This document shows, piece by piece, positions 59,295 to 64,000 of a stretch of 64,000 nucleotides of DNA. Positions within the stretch are counted from its first letter, which is position 1, and every line of letters begins with the position of its first letter. Source of the stretch: Candidatus Bathyarchaeota archaeon (GTDB lineage Archaea; Thermoproteota; Bathyarchaeia; Bathyarchaeales; Bathycorpusculaceae); NCBI GenBank assembly GCA_963715865.1, contig OY970280.1:1312001-1376000 (forward strand), in the 5' to 3' direction. The notes beneath the pieces were generated by a model, which did no database searches, was not told the DNA's origin, and was given only the letters and a program-made list of their open reading frames with translations. The position numbers were made by a program, and so were the translations under genes.

Positions 59295-60296
59295 TTGATA
59301 GACACGGAAAACTTGACAAAAAAGTTTGGCAACCTTAATCCAATCAACGAACCGGCAGGTCGAAAGAGCGTTGTCAACGTGAATCATCTCCGCAAGCAAT
59401 ACGGCACAACAGTCGCCGTCGACAACGTCTCATTCTCCATTGCCGAAGGCGAGATTTTCGGCATCATAGGACCTAACGGAGCTGGAAAGACAACCGCGGT
59501 TGAATGTATTTCAGGGCTTCGTGTTCCAGACTCGGGTTCCGCAACTGTTTATGACCTTAATCCCAGAGACGACCGTGAGGAACTGTGTAAATACGTTGGA
59601 GTCCAACTCCAAGAAAGCTCATTACCTCCACGTATCAAGGTCGGGGAGGCTCTTGAACTCTTTGCATCTTTCTATCAAAATCCTGTTAATCCAAAGGATT
59701 TACTCGAATCGCTTGGAATCGCTCAAAAAAGTAATGCCAAATTCAAACAACTGTCCGGCGGCCAAAAACAGCGACTTTCAATCGCGCTAGCACTTATTGG
59801 AAATCCAAAGATTGCTATTCTAGATGAACTTACCACTGGGCTTGACCCGGAAGCAAGACGCGAGACTTGGGAACTTATAGAGCGTATTAGGGATCGAGGC
59901 GTGACAGTGATTCTTGTAACGCATTACATGGATGAAGCCGAAAGACTGTGTGACCGACTGGCCTTAATTAATCACGGGAAAGTCGTTGCCCTCGACACTC
60001 CCGCGGCTCTTGCGGCACGCGAAGGCGGTGGCGCACGCATGCAGTTTGTACCTTCTGGACCTGTAGATGATAAGGTTCTGACTGCGTTGCCGGGTGTAAC
60101 TTCGGTTGAACATAAGGGTAGGCGTATCGTTGTTGTCGGTTCTGGTGACCTTACTACACAGGTGCTTTATGCGCTACTAAACGTTGGAGTGCATGCTTCG
60201 GATGTTCAGGTGGAAAACGGCAGTCTTGAAGATGCCTTCGTCAAACTCACACAGACAGACGATAATGCCAGAAAACATGAGGTAGGTCTGCAATGA
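59295..60296 (+). CDS. ABC exporter ATP-binding subunit (DrrA/NodI-like)
   Basis: GPNGAGKT, LSGGQKQR, ILDELTTGLDP, VTHYMDEAERLCDR. Confidence 0.93.
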   Translation: MIDTENLTKKFGNLNPINEPAGRKSVVNVNHLRKQYGTTVAVDNVSFSIAEGEIFGIIGPNGAGKTTAVECISGLRVPDSGSATVYDLNPRDDREELCKYVGVQLQESSLPPRIKVGEALELFASFYQNPVNPKDLLESLGIAQKSNAKFKQLSGGQKQRLSIALALIGNPKIAILDELTTGLDPEARRETWELIERIRDRGVTVILVTHYMDEAERLCDRLALINHGKVVALDTPAALAAREGGGARMQFVPSGPVDDKVLTALPGVTSVEHKGRRIVVVGSGDLTTQVLYALLNVGVHASDVQVENGSLEDAFVKLTQTDDNARKHEVGLQ

Positions 60297-61069
60297 GCGC
60301 ACAAGCTTCTAAAGCGTCAGAACACTATTCCTCCAATCCATTCTGGGAACTGGTCAAGGTCGAGGGGAAACTCGCCCTAAGGGAGCCAATTGGCATAATA
60401 TTTGGCGTCGGACTTCCTGTATTCTTGCTGATTATATTTGGTAGCATTCCTGCCTTCAGACAGACTGTTCCTGGCACAACATTATCAACATTCGAAGTTT
60501 ACATTCCGATTCTTATGATAACTGTGCTGATATTTATTGGACTATTTGGCTTACCTATTCCAATTGCTCGCGACCGTGAGATTGGTTGGCTAAGGCGGAT
60601 CTCTACCACGCCCGTGTCGCCAACCAAGATATTGGCTGCGCAGGTGACAATCAATCTTGTTCTTGCGGCGATATCATTTGCAATACTTACGGCTGGAGGA
60701 GTCTTTTTCTTCGGGGTGAAGGGGCCGTCTGAGATTCTTGGATTCGCTCTTTCGATTGTGCTGGCAACGATTGCAATGTTTTCTTTGGGATTGCTTATTG
60801 CTGCGCTCGCGCCTTCACAGGGGGTTGCTGGAGGTATGGCACAGGGTCTTCTATATCCGCTGTTATTCTTCGCAGGAATTTACGTTCCCATGCAGTTCCT
60901 TCCAGGCTACCTGCAAACAATAAGCAATTTCACTCCAGTTGGAGCTGCAGTTCAGGCTCTTGGAAGCTCGATGCAGGGAACATTTCCTTCTATTATACCG
61001 CTGCTTGTGATGGCTGCTTATGCAGTTTTCTTTGGCTTTGTCGCCGCTCGTTACTTCAGGTGGGAATAA
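60293..61069 (+). CDS. ABC-2 permease (DrrB/NodJ-like)
   Basis: LREP..IFG..LP, DREIGWLRRI..TP, FFAGIYVP, RYFRWE; ATGA-coupled to the ATPase. Confidence 0.9.
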   Translation: MSAQASKASEHYSSNPFWELVKVEGKLALREPIGIIFGVGLPVFLLIIFGSIPAFRQTVPGTTLSTFEVYIPILMITVLIFIGLFGLPIPIARDREIGWLRRISTTPVSPTKILAAQVTINLVLAAISFAILTAGGVFFFGVKGPSEILGFALSIVLATIAMFSLGLLIAALAPSQGVAGGMAQGLLYPLLFFAGIYVPMQFLPGYLQTISNFTPVGAAVQALGSSMQGTFPSIIPLLVMAAYAVFFGFVAARYFRWE

Positions 61070-61169
61070 GCATGGCGCTTGCTATCAGTAGTTAGCTATA
61101 TACCTGTTATGGAGGCACAGAAAGTCTTTAAAATAAACGTTAAGATATTGGAGCAAAAGGGTGCCATAT

Positions 61170-61313
61170 GTGAAGCTTCATTCAATTCCTGATCTTGAAG
61201 GTCGACCTGCCGGCAACTTTGAAAGAAATGTCAAGAAACCTCCTACCACTGTTCGAAAGAAAGTCATGCAAGAAGCATCTGTGCTTTTTGACCGGACAAA
61301 AATACGCGGATAG
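61170..61313 (+). CDS. 47-aa putative antitoxin for the downstream GNAT (not in the ORF track)
   Basis: GTG start after AAAGGGTG; MKLHSIPDLEGRPAGNFERNVKKPPTTVRKKVMQEASVLFDRTKIRG; stops 26 nt before the GNAT ATG. Confidence 0.55.
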   Translation: MKLHSIPDLEGRPAGNFERNVKKPPTTVRKKVMQEASVLFDRTKIRG

Positions 61314-61339
61314 TAACTGAGGTAGGTACCAGATTAAGA

Positions 61340-61879
61340 ATGTCTTCCAAATTCACCCCGAGTGGTCTGTCAGTCAAAAAACTAGATGATCGGACAGACC
61401 TTTCAAGTTTTAATTGCAACGAGAATGATGAGCTAAAGTTAGACGAGTTTATCCATGATGAGGCTCTAAATTTACAAAAAGGAAGCATGGGAACTACCTA
61501 TCTGTTTTACAACGAGGACAAAGTAGTTGGTTATGTAACGATATTAATGAGCTGCATCGGTGTGAACCTGAACAAACCGCGTTCGGACACTTCTAGACAC
61601 AAGCTGCGCAAATTGCACTATCCAGCTCTTTATCTAGCGAAAATAGCAGTAGAAAACAGATTTAGACGGCGATATATTGGAAAATTGATGCTCTTTTGGT
61701 GCATCGGCTTTGCACTAAAACTGTCAGAGGAAATAGGATGTCGTTTCATATTCTTGGTTACCAAAGGGGAATCTCGAGTTAAATTTTATCATGAATGTGG
61801 TTTTCAAGAAAGCAGTTTCACCCTTAAAAAAAAGACTGGCAAAGAAGAATGGAAGATGATGTACTTTCAATTAGTCTAA
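61340..61879 (+). CDS. GNAT N-acetyltransferase, AtaT/TacT toxin-like
   Basis: SSFNC...LDEFIHDEAL, TTYLF..VVGYVTI, YPALYLAKIAV..FRRRYIG, GCRFIFL, FYHECGF. Confidence 0.8.
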   Translation: MSSKFTPSGLSVKKLDDRTDLSSFNCNENDELKLDEFIHDEALNLQKGSMGTTYLFYNEDKVVGYVTILMSCIGVNLNKPRSDTSRHKLRKLHYPALYLAKIAVENRFRRRYIGKLMLFWCIGFALKLSEEIGCRFIFLVTKGESRVKFYHECGFQESSFTLKKKTGKEEWKMMYFQLV

Positions 61880-61953
61880 ATAACCGCGATTAAGGCTCTG
61901 AACCCTTTTGGATCTGGAACCCAGCGGTTCCAACAAATTCCGATTATCCATAG

Positions 61954-62002
61954 CTTTTCGTGTGGAATTTAAACGTGGGTGTAAAGCTAACATCCCGCGC
62001 CA
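61954..62002 (+). repeat. Repeat B, copy of repeat A ending in GCGCCA like the tRNA
   Basis: cttttcgtgtggaatttaaacgtgggtgtaaagctaacatcccgcgcca. Confidence 0.9.
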
Positions 62003-62029
62003 ACTTTGCAATTGTAGCTTAAAACGGGT

Positions 62030-62539
62030 TTATGAGTAGTGTTGTTTGATGAATTTGGCGAGGTTGATGATTTCGAGGTCGCTGTTGCATCTTGGGCAGG
62101 TTTTTTGTATTTCGGGTGCTTTTGCGCCGATTTTCAGCGGTGCTCCACAGTGGCAGCAGTAGTATGTTAGGGTTTGTCCTTTCTCCGAGAGGGTTTTGAC
62201 GAGGGCGGCTGCTTCTTTTTGCGTCTCGGTTAATTGTTTATCTTTCTTTTTAGCAGGATTTGCTTTTTTCTCGGTGGAGTAGTCTTTGCAGGTTTCTGCT
62301 TGAGCAAAGTACGTGTTAAACCCAACCTTCGCAGGCACCAACGCTTTCCCAGTCTTCTTGCAGGACTCCTCATCGAGGTAGCCGCAGTCTTCACAGGTTT
62401 TCTTCTTGTCATACTCCTTCCGAAGCGTCCACAAGCACTCCGCACAATACAGCCGCTCTTCACCATTGATACTCACGGTTAAGCCTGAACCAGAGAAGGA
62501 TTTTTTGCAACCGCAACATTCAAACCGCATAGTGTTCAC
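62030..62539 (-). CDS. Multi-zinc-finger (CxxC-rich) protein
   Basis: CCGC, CAEC, CEDC, CCHC and CPRC pairs with a Lys-rich spacer. Confidence 0.72.
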   Translation of the reverse strand: MNTMRFECCGCKKSFSGSGLTVSINGEERLYCAECLWTLRKEYDKKKTCEDCGYLDEESCKKTGKALVPAKVGFNTYFAQAETCKDYSTEKKANPAKKKDKQLTETQKEAAALVKTLSEKGQTLTYYCCHCGAPLKIGAKAPEIQKTCPRCNSDLEIINLAKFIKQHYS

Positions 62540-62704
62540 GTGAAAACTACTATTTGGTCAGGCTTTTATTTATTGTTTGATTTAGCATTTTGTGGAAATG
62601 CCTTGTTCACGAGCATAACAGCGAGGAATTCAGCCAAAAATGCCCAAGATGTACTTGATGTTTTCTATCTGTCCTCATCACGTCGTTTAAACAGCTGAAT
62701 TTTC

Positions 62705-63556
62705 TTATTGTAAGCGTTGCTTATGCACCGATAGGTATCTTCTGACAAAGTAGGTCACGAAGCCTTCTTCAGGTCGCTGCAGAGCTTTGTAGTAGGAGTT
62801 TCTCCTCTTGTATTCTATTATGAGCATGGGATAACCGTTTTTCCACAAGATAAAATTCATTAGAAGTCTGCCTATTCTGCCGTTACCATCGCCGAAGGGA
62901 TGTGTTTTTTCAAACATGTAATGCGCCCTTCCTGCTACCTCGACGGGATTCAGTCTTGATTCATTCACGAACGTTATTAGTTGCTTCACTAGCTTTTCCA
63001 AGTCACGCCAATCGGGTGCCACGTAAAGTCCCACTCTTACAACATAGTTTCTAAATTGCCCAGCGATGTCTGGTTTTGTCTCTTCGAAAATATCTTTATG
63101 CCATCTCAACAAAAGCCTCTCCGATATTTTCTCGTCCGTTTTTAGCATTCCTAAAAACACTTTTGCGTGAGATTCGGTTTCCCTGATGTCCTTGAGAGGC
63201 TTACTTGGAGCGACTTTATCTTCCAGTATTTGCCTTGCTTCCTCAAGCGTTATAGTGGATCCTTCAATCGCGTTAGTGTTGTAAGTAAAAGCTATTGCTA
63301 TCTCCTGAAGTTCCTTTTCTTTTGCAGATTCAGGATACCTTGCCCATTCTTTCTGATAGCGATTTTTTATTTTTTCCAGTTTTTCTGACAGAGCATCTTT
63401 AGCCTCAAGCATGAGTTTAGCTTTGATTTCTTCGATGTTGTCTGGCACTTTTTTGCCTAAATATAGTTCTTTGGTGACGACTTCTCCGTCTTTTCTGAAC
63501 GAGTGTTGCAGGTAAAAATACTTTGATTTACCCTTCTTTCTTTCAACAATGTGCAT
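62705..63556 (-). CDS. Fic-domain protein (class II, with auto-inhibitory helix)
   Basis: HPFGDGNGRIGR catalytic motif; TNAIEG inhibitory motif; short beta-rich N-terminal extension (KYFYLQHSFRKDG..YLG). Confidence 0.92.
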   Translation of the reverse strand: MHIVERKKGKSKYFYLQHSFRKDGEVVTKELYLGKKVPDNIEEIKAKLMLEAKDALSEKLEKIKNRYQKEWARYPESAKEKELQEIAIAFTYNTNAIEGSTITLEEARQILEDKVAPSKPLKDIRETESHAKVFLGMLKTDEKISERLLLRWHKDIFEETKPDIAGQFRNYVVRVGLYVAPDWRDLEKLVKQLITFVNESRLNPVEVAGRAHYMFEKTHPFGDGNGRIGRLLMNFILWKNGYPMLIIEYKRRNSYYKALQRPEEGFVTYFVRRYLSVHKQRLQ

Positions 63557-63691
63557 AAGCCTTTTACCATTACATCTCGTATAAATTTTTCGTTTTCATC
63601 AACTTCTGTAATGGTAATAGTTCCTTTACGTTTCGGGATTTTAACGAACATGAATACGAATAGAAACCAAAACAAACGACCAAATTCCACG

Positions 63692-63747
63692 CTGCTAAGT
63701 ATATGGTCGAAAGGGCCGCGTGGGTTCAAATCCCACATCCCATGCCA
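63692..63747 (+). repeat. attR-like copy of the tRNA-Ser 3' half, starting in the anticodon loop
   Basis: ctgctaagtatatggtcgaaagggccgcgtgggttcaaatcccacatcccatgcca versus tRNA 57042-57096; about 4 substitutions and a 1-nt indel. Confidence 0.93.
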
Positions 63748-63783
63748 CTTTTAAAATTTTAATTAAACAACTGAGCTTTTTCG

Positions 63784-64000
63784 TTAAACTACGAAATGAG
63801 TTACGCCAGTAAGAATGTATTGGATTGCAATGGCAGCAATAAGCAACGCCATAACCCTTGCTATAACTAAGGAGCCTGTTTTGCCTAAAAACCTGTAAAT
63901 GCCGTTTATGAACCTAAGAATGACCCATGTTAAGGATAACACAATTAAAACCGCCAGAATCGCTGTTACCGTACCGTAGGATTGAAGATTAAATATGGTT
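63784..64000 (-). CDS. MarC family membrane protein, C-terminal part (enters from beyond the window)
   Basis: Hand translation ...RFLGKTGSLVIARVMALLIAAIAIQYILTGVTHFVV*, the MarC C-terminal signature. Not in the ORF track. Confidence 0.82.
   Translation of the reverse strand, partial: TIFNLQSYGTVTAILAVLIVLSLTWVILRFINGIYRFLGKTGSLVIARVMALLIAAIAIQYILTGVTHFVV

Larger units (their letters stand above)
57097..63747. mobile_element. tRNA-Ser-anchored genomic island (about 6.65 kb), three cassettes, no integrase in the window
   Basis: Bounded by the tRNA 3' half and its copy at 63692-63747; internal tRNA-derived repeats at 58961-59007 and 61954-62002; accessory cargo. Confidence 0.78.

Noticed and set aside
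61915-61932. 7-bp hairpin tggaacc-cagc-ggttcca before repeat B, considered as an integron attC-like site
   Set aside because: No equivalent before repeat A or the attR copy; more simply a terminator-like hairpin after the GNAT gene.
63457-63738. 93-aa ORF beginning MWDLNPRG
   Set aside because: Antisense translation of the attR-like tRNA copy running into the Fic gene.
63692-63747. Second tRNA-Ser gene
   Set aside because: Lacks the 5' acceptor strand and D-arm and has acceptor-stem substitutions; it is an att remnant.
57097-63747. Provirus or integrase-encoding element
   Set aside because: No integrase, transposase, replication or virion genes are recognisable in the island.

Overview
64 kb of an archaeal chromosome. 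GGTGA-type Shine-Dalgarno sites, frequent TTG/GTG starts, a Cdv/ESCRT-III division cluster, methanopterin-pathway genes and apgM point to a TACK archaeon; a Bathyarchaeia-like lineage is my inference, not a database result. Layout: (1) 1-27.3 kb, a large minus-strand surface-glycan/polysaccharide locus (flippase, five GT4s, one GT2, three DegT aminotransferases, WbpB/WbpD-like enzymes, WbqC, PIG-L and NodB deacetylases, a kinase/nucleotidyltransferase pair) with two secreted GH5 paralogues embedded on the opposite strand and a chimeric scar fusing two of the locus's own genes; (2) 27-47 kb, mostly core genes: a 4xCBS+HPF-like (Hib-type) hibernation factor candidate, pyrD-pyrK, an ECF S-component, a DUF447-mptG-DHPS-like cluster, a LipS2-like radical SAM, a degenerate LeuA-like protein and a cdvB-paralogue/cdvA/cdvB/cdvC cluster; (3) 47-57 kb, vapBC between 25-bp direct repeats, apgM and a large divergent nurA-herA pair; (4) 57-63.7 kb, tRNA-Ser(GCT) followed by a 6.65-kb island cut into three small cassettes by tRNA-derived repeats (two ABC exporters, a GNAT toxin with a 47-aa unannotated antitoxin candidate, a Zn-finger protein and a Fic protein), with no integrase in the window. 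Five genes (membrane protein near 7.56 kb, GT2, pyrD, mptG, cdvB) carry apparent 1-2 nt frameshifts, most simply explained as consensus errors. No CRISPR array or rRNA was seen. All family calls come from motif reading by eye; no searches were run.
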